A DNA stretch of 64,000 nt from an uncultured Armatimonadetes bacterium (GTDB lineage Bacteria > Armatimonadota > UBA5829 > DTJY01), in the NCBI GenBank assembly GCA_963717145.1, contig OY970325.1:5248001-5312000 (forward strand). Reading direction: 5' to 3'. The translations under genes and the position numbers were made by a program. The notes under the pieces are model-generated. The model worked only from the letters and a program-made list of their open reading frames with translations, was not told the DNA's origin and ran no database searches. Below are positions 48,711-59,125 of the stretch, piece after piece; position 1 is the stretch's first letter, and the number at the start of each line of letters is the position of its first letter.

Positions 48711-49302
48711 CTAAGTCTCCTTGTTGTCTTCGCCCGAGGTTGGGAGGACTTCAGATGCGGCGTTCGTGGCCACCGGGTTCTTGCGCCTGAGCAGAAGGTA
48801 GAGAGCCGCCAACTCGAACGCGATCGTCACAGTCCAGAACGCGTTTCCGGGGATGACGTACATCGTTATCCTGTTGCTCCGGACGCCTCCGGAGAGACTG
48901 AGCTGAGCTAGAAATCCGTGAACGCCAATCCGTTCGGAATGCCCGGTGGGGTACAACAAATCCTTCACCTGTCCTGGCTCTGAGAACGATACTCGGCTCC
49001 TCGGACAACTCCATGTCGCCGATCTCTTCGCCATAGAGCCGCCCATTGAGCCATGAGGGATTGGTCACATATGCGGACGAAGGAAGCACGAGACGCTCTT
49101 CCCCGCAGTTCCGAAGCTTGAGGCGTATGTCACAGCGCTGGCCGACTTTGGCGACCGGACGAGTAGCATATACCATCGCCTGGAGTCCGTCGCTCGGTTT
49201 GCCCCAGCCATCCTTCGGCGGGCCTGCCTCCCGTTCCCAGAAGAGCACAACCGTCGAGCAGATCAGGCATATCGTCAGAACCACAGTGAGCGCGAGTTTC
49301 AT
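48711..49302 (-). CDS. Hypothetical membrane-anchored protein, probably split by indel near 48981
   Basis: GGAGG RBS, N-terminal TM, WGKPSDGLQ; removing one base gives SIVLEPGQVKDL...SNRI plus a C-terminal TM. Confidence 0.5.
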
Positions 49303-49450
49303 AGCAGTGTCCTCCAGCCTTAGTATACGCAGTTCCCCGGGCAAGGGTTATAGCCCTTCTCTGCGGAAGATCACGGCCGCCGGGAAGGGATTCGCTCACG
49401 GGTCGTGGAACGACTCTCTGAACTCCATGCAAACCAGGAGGCTCACCATC

Positions 49451-52400
49451 GTGAGACCGTTGATACCCGCTCTCCTTACTCTCATACTGGGTGTGTCTTG
49501 TTTCTCCGCTCCAATCGCCGTGTTCACGCCGGAGAAGAGCGAAGGGATCGAGTTGATCTCGACGGTCGAGGATGGGCAGTGGGAGACGAGGACCATCGCC
49601 GGTCGGGAGGCCGTCGCTGTCAAGCCGAACACCACTCCCGCCAGCCGCTACCTCTACTTCAGGCTCTCACCGGAGGCCAAGGGGAGGCTCGGCTCGGACG
49701 CGTATGTCGTGGTCGACTTCCTGAACCGGGGCGTCGGCCGGTTCGACGTGCAGTTCAACCACGCGGAGAACCCTTACGCCGGCGCAGGAGGATTCCTGCT
49801 CCTCGGGAACGAGGAGTGGGACCGCGGACTCGTGCGTCTCAATGGAGCGAAGTTTCAGGGTGCGCAGAACGGCGGCGCGGACTTCCGGCTCGCGGGTATC
49901 GGATCGCTGGCGGTGTCACGGCTGGAGATCTATGCCGAGGACCCGAAGCTCAATCTACCCTCAGATCAGGAGCGAATCATGAAGAACATAAAGCGAATCC
50001 CTCGACCGAAGGACATGTTCTACACGTTCGGCTGCGAGATCGACCAGGAATCCGCCGCCCTCTACAGCGCGATGGGCGTCACGAGCATCGAGAGCTACGT
50101 GACGTGGGAGAACTGCGAGCGCGCGGGCGAGGGGCAGTGGGACTGGACGCACTGGGATGCGACGGTCAAGGCACTGAAGGACAACGGCCTGAAGTGGGTG
50201 CCGTTCATCATCCTCAGCCCGGCATACTCGACGCCGAACTGGTTCCGCGCGGGCAAGGAGCACTTCCCCTGCCGATGCCTCGAGCACGGGACCGACAGCA
50301 AGATCGAGTCGCTCTGGAACCCGAACCTGCCGAAGTGGATCGACCGCTTCATCAAGGAGTTCGCCAAGCGCTATGGAGATACGGGCGTGATCGAGTCGGT
50401 GCTGCTCGGTATCCAGGGCGATTTCGGCGAGGCGATCTACTCGGTCTGGGGCGGCGGCTGGACGTTCAACGTCCCGGGCGAGTATCACAATCATCCCGGC
50501 TATTGGTGCGACGATCCGTATGCCCTCGCAGACTACCGCGAGTTCGTCGGGAAGCGCTACAAGACGGTGGCGGCGGTGAACAAGGCGTGGGGCAGCGACT
50601 TCAAGAGCCTATCAGAGGTCGATTTCCCTGGTCGGAAGGATGAGCTGACCGCATTCCAGCAGAAGGTAGAATCCGGCGATCCCGGCGCTCGTCGCCGATG
50701 GATCGACTTCATCGACTGGTATCGCGCCGCCATGACCGACTGGTCCGACTGGTGGATGGCGACCACCCGCAAGCATTTCCCCAAGACGCCAATCTACCTC
50801 TGCACCGGTGGAGACGCCGAGCCGCATCACGGCTCGAACTTCGCCGAGCAGACACGCGTCTCGGCCAAGCATGACGCCGGCGTGCGCATCACCAACGAGG
50901 CGTCGGACTACGCCGCCAACTTCGCGATCACGCGGTGGGTCGCGTCGGCGGGGAAGCATTACGGCGCATACTATGGCTTCGAGCCGGCGGGCGCTGAGGA
51001 CGAGAAGGGCATCGTCGCCCGAATCTACAACGCCACCGCATCCGGCGCGAACCAGCTTCACGACTATGCGCCGAACGTGACTCAGTCGCAGGAACGGATG
51101 GACGCCCAGCGCGAGCACCTAGAGTATCTCTTCCACGTGAAGGAGCCGGTCGTTCCGGTCGCGCTCTGGTATCCGAACGTCTCGCTGACCCTGAAGTGGG
51201 GCGGCTACATCGAGAAGGCGGCGCAACTCAGAGACTACACCGATTTCGACTACATCGACGAGACGATGCTCCGCACCGGCGCGCTCGATCGGCACAAGCT
51301 GCTGATCATCCTCCACGGCGAGGTCATGGAGCCGTCGGATGCGAAGAAGATCGCCGCCTGGGTGAAGAAGGGCGGACGAGTCGTCGTCATGGACGTTCCG
51401 AAGTTCGAGAGCGTGGAGGGAACTCATGAGCCGGAGAAGGTGCTCTTCAGCAACACCGGTAACGACCGTAGACTCGGCAAAGGACATATCACCCGTGTCA
51501 ACGGCTGGCATCACATGGCGAGTGTTGCTGTCGATATGCTTCGTGAGATCGGCCTTCCCGTCTGTGACTGGAAGAAGGACGGCATCTTCGTCACCCAGAT
51601 CGATCCGGACCGCTGGCTCTTCCTGAACACGACCGACAAGGAATCGATCATCCATATCGACCTTCCGAATGGCAGGAGCAGACCGGTGGCCAAGCCGGGC
51701 ACGATCACCGATGTCGACCTCAGCAAGTCCACGGAGATCGTCATCATCGGCACTATCCATGGCGGACACAACGACAACAAGCGCTACACCGGCGATCATG
51801 TCAAGAGGATCCTCGTCGATCTCAATCCGGCGGTGATTTGCACTGAGTCTCTCAGCGTCTACTACAACGCCGATGGCACAATGAAGAAGGAGATCGTCGG
51901 GAACACAGGCTTCCCCGAAAACGCCGCGGTGGACAGGGCGTCCAGGGCTCTGGGGATCAAGTCCGTTCCTTTCGACAGGGACGATAGAGACGAATACTAC
52001 CAGAAGACCCGCTACTTTGAACGGCAGCAGGCGGTCAACAACCGACTCAATTCATGGATCAAGGAGCTGCAGATCGAGGATCCGGAAGATCCGAGTCTGA
52101 AGGCTGTCCAGTTGGCAGAAGCCATCGAGGACCAGGAGCGCTCCTTCACGTCGCGGGCATCCGCCGATATGATCAATTCCGATGCATTCGACGGTGTGAT
52201 CAGAAGCAAGAAGCTGGCAGAGGATATGGCGATGGCAGCGATCCTCCGGCATTCCGAGAACGAGGAGCTGACTCCTGAGATGGAGTTCCTGGAGCAGGAA
52301 TGGGTCGAGCGCAACCGCATAATGGCCGACAACGTCATGAAGGTCGCCGCCCGGTATCCCGGCAAGCGGATCGCGGTTGTCACAGGGGCCTCACACCGCT

Positions 52401-52480
52401 ACATACTCCGCGACCTGCTCTCGGAACGCCCAGGAGTCATCCTCAAGGAGTTCTGGCAGGTGAAACGGGTCACCGACTAG
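49451..52480 (+). CDS. Secreted GH14/GH42-like glycoside hydrolase fused to a C-terminal TraB/ChaN-like domain
   Basis: AGGAGG RBS, GTG start, signal peptide; IESYVTW...GDFGE; C-terminal IIGTIH...ICTE...ERN..MA...VVTGASH. Confidence 0.7.
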   Translation: MRPLIPALLTLILGVSCFSAPIAVFTPEKSEGIELISTVEDGQWETRTIAGREAVAVKPNTTPASRYLYFRLSPEAKGRLGSDAYVVVDFLNRGVGRFDVQFNHAENPYAGAGGFLLLGNEEWDRGLVRLNGAKFQGAQNGGADFRLAGIGSLAVSRLEIYAEDPKLNLPSDQERIMKNIKRIPRPKDMFYTFGCEIDQESAALYSAMGVTSIESYVTWENCERAGEGQWDWTHWDATVKALKDNGLKWVPFIILSPAYSTPNWFRAGKEHFPCRCLEHGTDSKIESLWNPNLPKWIDRFIKEFAKRYGDTGVIESVLLGIQGDFGEAIYSVWGGGWTFNVPGEYHNHPGYWCDDPYALADYREFVGKRYKTVAAVNKAWGSDFKSLSEVDFPGRKDELTAFQQKVESGDPGARRRWIDFIDWYRAAMTDWSDWWMATTRKHFPKTPIYLCTGGDAEPHHGSNFAEQTRVSAKHDAGVRITNEASDYAANFAITRWVASAGKHYGAYYGFEPAGAEDEKGIVARIYNATASGANQLHDYAPNVTQSQERMDAQREHLEYLFHVKEPVVPVALWYPNVSLTLKWGGYIEKAAQLRDYTDFDYIDETMLRTGALDRHKLLIILHGEVMEPSDAKKIAAWVKKGGRVVVMDVPKFESVEGTHEPEKVLFSNTGNDRRLGKGHITRVNGWHHMASVAVDMLREIGLPVCDWKKDGIFVTQIDPDRWLFLNTTDKESIIHIDLPNGRSRPVAKPGTITDVDLSKSTEIVIIGTIHGGHNDNKRYTGDHVKRILVDLNPAVICTESLSVYYNADGTMKKEIVGNTGFPENAAVDRASRALGIKSVPFDRDDRDEYYQKTRYFERQQAVNNRLNSWIKELQIEDPEDPSLKAVQLAEAIEDQERSFTSRASADMINSDAFDGVIRSKKLAEDMAMAAILRHSENEELTPEMEFLEQEWVERNRIMADNVMKVAARYPGKRIAVVTGASHRYILRDLLSERPGVILKEFWQVKRVTD

Positions 52481-52586
52481 CATTTCCGGCCAAAACCCGG
52501 TAGTATGTTGTCATCTACCTGTAAGGATTTCGGCCTGGGCGTGCCGAATATAGAATATGGCTCCGATACTACCAGGAAGGACCGCA

Positions 52587-53363
52587 ATGAAATTCAGGCC
52601 CTGTATCGACTTACATGACGGAGTGGTCAAGCAAATCGTAGGCGGCTCGCTGACCGAGGACGGGAAGAAGCTCGTCACGAACTTCAAGTCGCCTTTCCGC
52701 GCAGGCTTCTACGCTCTCAAGTTCAAGAGTGACGATCTCTCAGGCGGCCACATCATAATGCTGAACCCCGACCCGCTGAACGCCGCAGCTGCGGTGGACG
52801 CCCTCATGGCATGGCCGGATGCGTTTCAGCTCGGTGGAGGACTCAACCCCGAGAATGCTCCAGGCTGGCTCGACCGGGGCGCGGCGGCCATCATCGTCAC
52901 GTCCTACGTGTTCCGCGATGGCGAGGTGAATCTCGTCAATCTCAAGAAGATGGTCGAATCAGTTGGTAAGGATAAGCTCGTTCTCGACCTGAGCTGTCGG
53001 AAGTGGGATGGCCGCTACTATATCGTCACGGATCGATGGCAGAAGTTCACCCAGGTCGAGATCACCCCGGCGAACCTCGACATGCTATCGAAGCACTGCT
53101 CCGAGTTCCTGATCCATGCTGCCGATATCGAGGGCCTTTCCATCGGGATAGACACGGAACTCGTGAAGAAGCTCGGCGATTGGCAAGGCATACCGATCAC
53201 TTACGCAGGTGGGATCAAGAGCATGGAGGACGTCTACCTCATCCGTGAACTCGCCGGCGAGAGGCTCGATTTCACCGTGGGCAGCGCTCTCGACCTCTAC
53301 GGAGGCAAGGGAATCGCCTACAAGGACCTGGTGGCCTTTAACAATGAGAAGGTAGCTGCGTAG
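52587..53363 (+). CDS. hisA: Phosphoribosylformimino-5-aminoimidazole carboxamide ribotide isomerase, eukaryote (His6) type
   Basis: FRPCIDLHDGVVKQIVGG, LVLDLSCR, EFLIHAADIEG, TVGSALD. Confidence 0.92.
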   Translation: MKFRPCIDLHDGVVKQIVGGSLTEDGKKLVTNFKSPFRAGFYALKFKSDDLSGGHIIMLNPDPLNAAAAVDALMAWPDAFQLGGGLNPENAPGWLDRGAAAIIVTSYVFRDGEVNLVNLKKMVESVGKDKLVLDLSCRKWDGRYYIVTDRWQKFTQVEITPANLDMLSKHCSEFLIHAADIEGLSIGIDTELVKKLGDWQGIPITYAGGIKSMEDVYLIRELAGERLDFTVGSALDLYGGKGIAYKDLVAFNNEKVAA

Positions 53364-53417
53364 CTTCCATCGAATGTACTGTCTAACCGGTTTGCCGAGA
53401 ACACAGCGGAGGGTACC

Positions 53418-53660
53418 GTGACCGAGCGATTGATCAGACTGCGACTCGAGAGACTTCCTGAGGATGTATACCTCGCTACGAGCGATGATCTTCCCGGATT
53501 ACTCGCACAGGGCCGTACTATCGCCGAGACAATCGAGGTGGCGCAGGATGTGGCCCGGAAGCTGATCGAGTCGTACATAGAACACGGCGATGCGCTGCCC
53601 GAGGGCCTGTCCGCAGAGCTTCCGCCCGAATTCGAACTCTCGATCCCGGTGGCCGCCTGA
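53418..53660 (+). CDS. hicB: HicB-family antitoxin
   Basis: YLATSDDLPGLLAQGRTIAE...IESY. Confidence 0.85.
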   Translation: MTERLIRLRLERLPEDVYLATSDDLPGLLAQGRTIAETIEVAQDVARKLIESYIEHGDALPEGLSAELPPEFELSIPVAA

Positions 53661-53884
53661 TGGGCCGACTCGCAGGAATCTCCGCATCCGAAGTAATCCG
53701 AAAGCTGCGAGCCGCCGGCTTCACCTTTGATCGGATGGCCAAAGGGAGCCACGAGATCTGGCTCAATCCTTCCACACGAGCCCGAGTTACGGTGCCGAAC
53801 CACCCTGGCGGTCTGCCTGAGGGTACAGTACGCGCCATCGTGAAGCAGTCCGGCATTGGCTTAGACAGATTCCTCAGCCTCTAG
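53660..53884 (+). CDS. hicA: HicA-family toxin
   Basis: LRAAGF...KGSHEIW...TVPNH...GTVRAIVKQSG; TGATG coupling to hicB. Confidence 0.9.
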   Translation: MGRLAGISASEVIRKLRAAGFTFDRMAKGSHEIWLNPSTRARVTVPNHPGGLPEGTVRAIVKQSGIGLDRFLSL

Positions 53885-54051
53885 CGTCATGTCACGAACT
53901 TCCCCAACCTTCGTTGATTTTGCTCACCATTGTGTGCTAACCTATCGCACAGGCAGTTGCGTCTAAACATGGGAGAATCGCGCGATGCCCCCCGTCCCGT
54001 GTACTTCGTAGTATATTGCGCCTCACCCCTGCAGGAAAGGCAATCTGGTTT

Positions 54052-55446
54052 ATGCGAACATATCGGTTAATATCGCTGATGCTGATGGCGACACTGGCTT
54101 CCGGCGTCCTCCATGCTGCGGACGCTCCGCCGGAGAAGCTCTCTCTGACTGATGCGGTGTCGATGGCCCTGGGAGAGAACCCCAATCTGAAGCAGTCCGA
54201 GGAGAGCTATCTGTCGGCGCGGTCGGAACTCCGCATCGCAAACGTCGAAGCGACATACGGCGTCGGGAGCGAGACGCAGATGGAGGAGTCGCCCAATACC
54301 TCCGGCCTCTCCGGACGTGTTTTCGGGAGTCTGAACTACTTCAATAGACTCGGCACCGAGGCTTCCCTGGACGTTTCCCCTTTCGGCATGGGTAGCCAGC
54401 GTGGCTCGATAGGCCTCTCGATACGGCATCCACTCGCGGGTGGCAGAGGCCGCTTGTCCGATAAGGCCAATCTCGTCCTTGGGGCACAGAGTGCTTCCGC
54501 CGTCCAGAGCCGCCAGTTCTACCAATCTCGGCAGGCCACCGTTTCCGCGGTCATCGATGCCTATTACCAGGCGGTCCTGGCGACCGAGCGCATCAAGGTG
54601 CAGGAGAAGGCCGTGAAGATCGCAGAGGAGGCCCTCGATGGCGCGAAGAAGCGACTGGACGCGAGACTCGTGACGGGTCTCGAGGTCTCCCGCGCGGAGA
54701 CGAACCTTGCTCAGACCAAAGATGCGCTTAACCTCCAGCACCAGACCGCGCGAGGGGCAGTCGACCGGCTGATGATCGCCGTCGGAGTCGGTGTCGGTCG
54801 GACTCTCGAGCTGACCGACGGCATCCCGGAATCGGGACTGAACGTCGTGGACCTGGGTACGGCGATCGACACGGCTCTCCAGAATCGTTCGGAACTTGCG
54901 GTCTATGATTGGCGTCTTTCAGATCAGGAACGCCGTCTGGCGGTCGCCGAGGATCAGATGCGGCCGAGAGTCGATGCGGTCATCGGCTATCGGTCACAGA
55001 ATGAAAGTACAGGGGCCATTTCGACGTCACTCTTCAATTCGGGGTCGCTCACGGCGGGCTTCGAGGTCAACCTCCCGCTGGACAGGGTCACGAGGGTGGA
55101 AGAGCGCGACACAACCGCTCGGGGGATCGAAGTGCTGAAGGAACTGCGCGCCTACAGAGCGGACCAGATTATCGAGGAGGTCCGCCGTGCCTATCGATCA
55201 CTCGATGCGACGCAGACCTCGCTATCGATCTACAGCCAGAACCTCCAGGCGGCGAACGAGCAGCTCTATCTGGCCCAACGCATGGTGCTGGAAGGCCTGG
55301 GATCAAACCGCGAGGTTCAGGATGCGCAGAACTCACTGACGCGTGTGGAGAGCGGACTGCTCGCCGCCAAGACCGACCTTTATCTCGCCGGCGTGGAACT
55401 GATGTACGCCATGGGCGAAGACTTGTCAACGGTGGTATTGAAATGA
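54052..55446 (+). CDS. TolC-family outer membrane efflux protein
   Basis: Signal peptide, LSLTDAVSMAL.ENP, two helical repeats; first gene of the exporter operon. Confidence 0.88.
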   Translation: MRTYRLISLMLMATLASGVLHAADAPPEKLSLTDAVSMALGENPNLKQSEESYLSARSELRIANVEATYGVGSETQMEESPNTSGLSGRVFGSLNYFNRLGTEASLDVSPFGMGSQRGSIGLSIRHPLAGGRGRLSDKANLVLGAQSASAVQSRQFYQSRQATVSAVIDAYYQAVLATERIKVQEKAVKIAEEALDGAKKRLDARLVTGLEVSRAETNLAQTKDALNLQHQTARGAVDRLMIAVGVGVGRTLELTDGIPESGLNVVDLGTAIDTALQNRSELAVYDWRLSDQERRLAVAEDQMRPRVDAVIGYRSQNESTGAISTSLFNSGSLTAGFEVNLPLDRVTRVEERDTTARGIEVLKELRAYRADQIIEEVRRAYRSLDATQTSLSIYSQNLQAANEQLYLAQRMVLEGLGSNREVQDAQNSLTRVESGLLAAKTDLYLAGVELMYAMGEDLSTVVLK

Positions 55447-56843
55447 AACAGATTATCAAAGCCTGGGCGCCACGCACCATCATGATAGTGATACTGGTGT
55501 TTGCAGGCCAGCAGTGGGGCATGCCGCTCTACAAGCAATACTTTACTCCGAAGAGTACCGAGGTCTACATCCCGACGTCCAAGGTCAAAGCGGGCGGGTT
55601 CATGGTCAGCTTCCACGAGATCGGAACTCTCGATGCGGAACGGTCCGTGGCGGTCAACTCCGGTATCAACGGCAAGATCATCACGCTTGTTGACGAGGGC
55701 ACTGTGGTCAAAGCCGGCGACGAGATCGCGGTCCTCGACACCGAAGACCTCGAACGCGAGGTCAACAGCGCGACTCTTGAGTATGAGAACCAGATGGCGG
55801 ACGTGAAGCGCGCCAATGAGGAACTCGCGCTGCTCCAGGAGTCCAACAGGATCGACAAGGAGCAGACCGAGGCCCAGCTCAACTTCGACCAGAGTGAGCT
55901 GCAGATCGCCCAGCAGGACTTGGAGAAAAAGACGCGGCTGGCTGACGAGAAACTGATACCCGGCACGCAGGTGGACCAGGCCGAGGCCGTGAAGCGCTCC
56001 AAAGAACTTGCAGTCAAGAAGGACCAGGCACAGCTCGAGTTGAAGCTGAAGGAGATAAAGTCAAAGGAAGATCAGAAGCAGGCCGAGATAGGCAACCTGG
56101 GTTTCCGCGCCAAGATGGCAAAACGGAGTCTCGACCGCGTGAGCGAGCGCATGGGTGGTGCGACGATCCTGGCTCCCGCTCCGGGCCTCGTCGTGCTGTC
56201 CAAGACATATGACAGCGGAAGCCGACGGCCGATCCGGGAAGGTGATGACGTGGATCCGCGCGAGGCGTTGTGCCAACTGCCGGACCTGTCGAGCATGCTG
56301 GTCAGGGTCCAGGTCGGGGAGGCTGACGCCCCGAAGGTGACCCTCGGCATGCCGGTACTCATCCGGCTCGAGGCCGCGCCCAAGAAGATCTACCACGGCT
56401 CCGTCAAAGGCATATCCGCTCTCGCAACCGAGGGCAATCCCTGGGAAGGCGGCACGCCCGGGAAGCGGAATTTCGAGGTGCAGGTCGCGGTCGCTGAGCG
56501 CGATCCCTCGACTATCAAGCCCGGCATGACGGCTGACGTGGAGTTCGTCGTCGACCAGCTCAAGTCGGCGATCTTCGTTCCGATCGAGTCGGTCATCGAG
56601 CAGAACGGCAAGACCTTTGCTTTCATCAGGGAAGGCAGCCGATACGAAAAAGTGCCGGTAAAGACCGGTAAGAGCAACGACAACTTCATCTGCATCACCC
56701 ATGGGCTCAAGGCTGGGCAGACAGTGGCGCTCAGGGATCCGACTCGCGATCTCGAGCAGCAGGAAGCCGGCAGCAAAGCTCCGGGCGCCAACAAAGAGAA
56801 GGACAAGAAACAGGCAGCGCCGATACCGGGCGCCAACCAGTAG
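55443..56843 (+). CDS. Efflux periplasmic adaptor subunit (MacA/HlyD-like)
   Basis: Lipoyl motif EGTVVKAGD, coiled coil, APAPG, IKPGMTA. Confidence 0.9.
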   Translation: MKQIIKAWAPRTIMIVILVFAGQQWGMPLYKQYFTPKSTEVYIPTSKVKAGGFMVSFHEIGTLDAERSVAVNSGINGKIITLVDEGTVVKAGDEIAVLDTEDLEREVNSATLEYENQMADVKRANEELALLQESNRIDKEQTEAQLNFDQSELQIAQQDLEKKTRLADEKLIPGTQVDQAEAVKRSKELAVKKDQAQLELKLKEIKSKEDQKQAEIGNLGFRAKMAKRSLDRVSERMGGATILAPAPGLVVLSKTYDSGSRRPIREGDDVDPREALCQLPDLSSMLVRVQVGEADAPKVTLGMPVLIRLEAAPKKIYHGSVKGISALATEGNPWEGGTPGKRNFEVQVAVAERDPSTIKPGMTADVEFVVDQLKSAIFVPIESVIEQNGKTFAFIREGSRYEKVPVKTGKSNDNFICITHGLKAGQTVALRDPTRDLEQQEAGSKAPGANKEKDKKQAAPIPGANQ

Positions 56844-56851
56844 GGAGCAGT

Positions 56852-58156
56852 ATGGGAGTTATTGACGCGATCCGAACCGGCCTGTCCGAGCTTCTTTCCC
56901 ACAAAATGCGGTCGATGCTCACCATGCTCGGCGTCATCTTCGGCGTTGCTGCGGTCATTGCAATGGTCTCGATCGGTGAGGGCGCAAAGCAGGAGGCACT
57001 GGCGCAGATTCGGCTCATGGGCATAGACGTCGTGCACATCAAGCGCGCACTGACGAGCGGGGAACTTGCGGAGAAGGCACAGGAGCGCTCACCTTACGGG
57101 CTGAAGTACGCCGACTGTGAGAGCATACGTCAGGTCTGCAGCTTTGCCCGACAGGTTATCCCCTTGCGCGAGGTCTTCGCTGATGTGAGAGTCGGGGAGA
57201 CACCGGTCGCGGTCAAGGTCGTCGGCACCGTCCCCGGCTATGAGGACGTGACGCACTCCAATGTATCCCGCGGGCGGTTCCTGAACGAGCGCGACATCCG
57301 CGATCGAATGATGGTGTGTGTGATCGGCGCAGCCGCGAAGAGGGAACTCTTCGGGTTCGACGAGCCGATCGGCGAGATGGTCACGATCGGTCGCGAGTTG
57401 TTCCGCGTCGTCGGCATAATGGAAGCCAAGGAAGTAGGATCGGCGAAGGCCCTCTCGGCCCTGCGTGACCTGAACTCGGACATCTATATTCCCATCACGA
57501 TTTCGCTGTCCGACTTCCAGGTTTCGTCTCAGGAGTCGATTCCCTCCGACTACATCAAGCTGAGGCAGATCGCCTGGCGTCTGCGCAATAAGCCGAGCCT
57601 CGACAAGAGCCCGATCACCGAGGTGATCGTTCAGGTGGAAAACGAGGGAGCGACAGTGCCCACAGCGTCCGTCGTCCGATCGGTGCTCGATCGTCTGCAC
57701 CGAGGGATCCGCGACTACGAGATCATCATCCCGGCTGAGCTGCTGCGTCAGAGCCAGCAGACCCAGCGGATCTTCAATATCGTCATGGCGGCGATTGCTT
57801 CGATCTCGCTGCTCGTCGGTGGAATCGGCATCATGAACATCATGCTCGCGACGGTGACCCAGCGCACCCGAGAGATCGGCGTGCGGCGCTGCATCGGTGC
57901 AACGAGATGGGATATCATCCGTCAGTTCATGGTGGAGGCTTTGGTCATCACATGCGCCGGCGGCCTGATCGGTGTCGCACTCGGGATAGGCGGTGCGCGC
58001 GCGATCTCGGTATACGCGAATTGGAGCACGGTGGTGTCGATGCAGGCGGTCGTGTTGGCGTTTGGTGTCTCGGCGATCGTCGGCATAGTGTTCGGGCTGT
58101 ATCCGGCCGCACGAGCCGCCGCCGTCGACCCGATCGAAGCACTCCGATATTCGTAA
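56852..58156 (+). CDS. ABC transporter permease (MacB/FtsX-like)
   Basis: RSMLTMLGVIFG, VGGIGIMNIML, RTREIG, DPIEALRY. Confidence 0.93.
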   Translation: MGVIDAIRTGLSELLSHKMRSMLTMLGVIFGVAAVIAMVSIGEGAKQEALAQIRLMGIDVVHIKRALTSGELAEKAQERSPYGLKYADCESIRQVCSFARQVIPLREVFADVRVGETPVAVKVVGTVPGYEDVTHSNVSRGRFLNERDIRDRMMVCVIGAAAKRELFGFDEPIGEMVTIGRELFRVVGIMEAKEVGSAKALSALRDLNSDIYIPITISLSDFQVSSQESIPSDYIKLRQIAWRLRNKPSLDKSPITEVIVQVENEGATVPTASVVRSVLDRLHRGIRDYEIIIPAELLRQSQQTQRIFNIVMAAIASISLLVGGIGIMNIMLATVTQRTREIGVRRCIGATRWDIIRQFMVEALVITCAGGLIGVALGIGGARAISVYANWSTVVSMQAVVLAFGVSAIVGIVFGLYPAARAAAVDPIEALRYS

Positions 58157-58159
58157 AGC

Positions 58160-58234
58160 ATGGTTGATGGTTGATGGTTCATGGTTGATGTGGAGCCATT
58201 CCCCATTGACCATAGACCATGAACCATCAACCAT
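58160..58234. repeat. ATGGTTG heptamer palindromic element inside an operon
   Basis: atggttgatggttgatggttcatgg ... ccatgaaccatcaaccat. Confidence 0.85.
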
Positions 58235-58246
58235 AAAGGGTTTTCC

Positions 58247-59005
58247 ATGTCACTTATTCTGGTCAAAGACCTTACCAAAACGTACTTTATCGGCAAGATC
58301 GAAGTGCCGGCGTTGAGGGGAGTATCCTTTCGCGTCGAGCCGGGCGAGTTCGTCGCCGTCATGGGCCCGTCCGGATCGGGCAAGTCCACGCTGATGAACC
58401 TGATCGGATGCCTCGACAAGCCGACCTCGGGCACTTACGTCCTCGATGGACAGGATGTGAGCCGCCTGAGCGATGCCGCCCGAGCCGCCATCCGCAATCG
58501 CAAGATCGGGTTCGTCTTCCAGAGCTTCAACCTGCTCCCCAGGATGTCGGCGCTGAAGAACACCGGCCTGCCCATGATGTATTCCAGCGGACGAAGAGAC
58601 AGCCAGGCGCCAAGGCGGGCCCTGGTAGCCGTCGGCCTCGAGAAACGTATGTACCACACTCCCATGGAACTCTCAGGTGGCGAGCAGCAGCGTGTGGCCA
58701 TTGCACGCGCTCTGGTGAACGATCCGCCCGTCATCTTCGGGGACGAGCCGACCGGTAACCTCGATACCGCGACCAGCACGGAGATCATGGCGATCTTCCA
58801 GAAGTTGAACGAGGAGGGGAAGACGGTCGTCATCGTCACGCATGAGACCGATATCGCTCAGCACTGCAAACGCATCCTTCGATTTCGTGATGGACTGCTC
58901 GAGTCGGACGAATTGGTGGCCGAGCAGATCATCGCCCAGCCCTCGGAGTGCGGTGGCTCGACACCGCTTTTGCCGGACCCGCCGTGTCAAGCCACGGCTC
59001 AGTAA
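58247..59005 (+). CDS. ABC transporter ATP-binding protein (MacB/LolD-like)
   Basis: [21 protein letters not shown]; the last ~20 aa derive from a REP. Confidence 0.95.
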   Translation: MSLILVKDLTKTYFIGKIEVPALRGVSFRVEPGEFVAVMGPSGSGKSTLMNLIGCLDKPTSGTYVLDGQDVSRLSDAARAAIRNRKIGFVFQSFNLLPRMSALKNTGLPMMYSSGRRDSQAPRRALVAVGLEKRMYHTPMELSGGEQQRVAIARALVNDPPVIFGDEPTGNLDTATSTEIMAIFQKLNEEGKTVVIVTHETDIAQHCKRILRFRDGLLESDELVAEQIIAQPSECGGSTPLLPDPPCQATAQ

Positions 59006-59035
59006 AGCGGTGTCGAGCCACCGCACTCCGAGGGC
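58939..59035. repeat. GGAGTGCGG...CCGCACTCC REP, perfect 32-bp inverted repeat overlapping a gene end
   Basis: Arms 58939-58970 and 59004-59035; a degenerate extra arm follows. Confidence 0.9.
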
Positions 59036-59125
59036 GGTGTCGAGCCGCCGGATTCCAAGGGGAAGGATACCGCTCGCCGGTGGTGTAATGAAACCGTAAC
59101 ACTCCATTCGAAACGAGGATGACAC

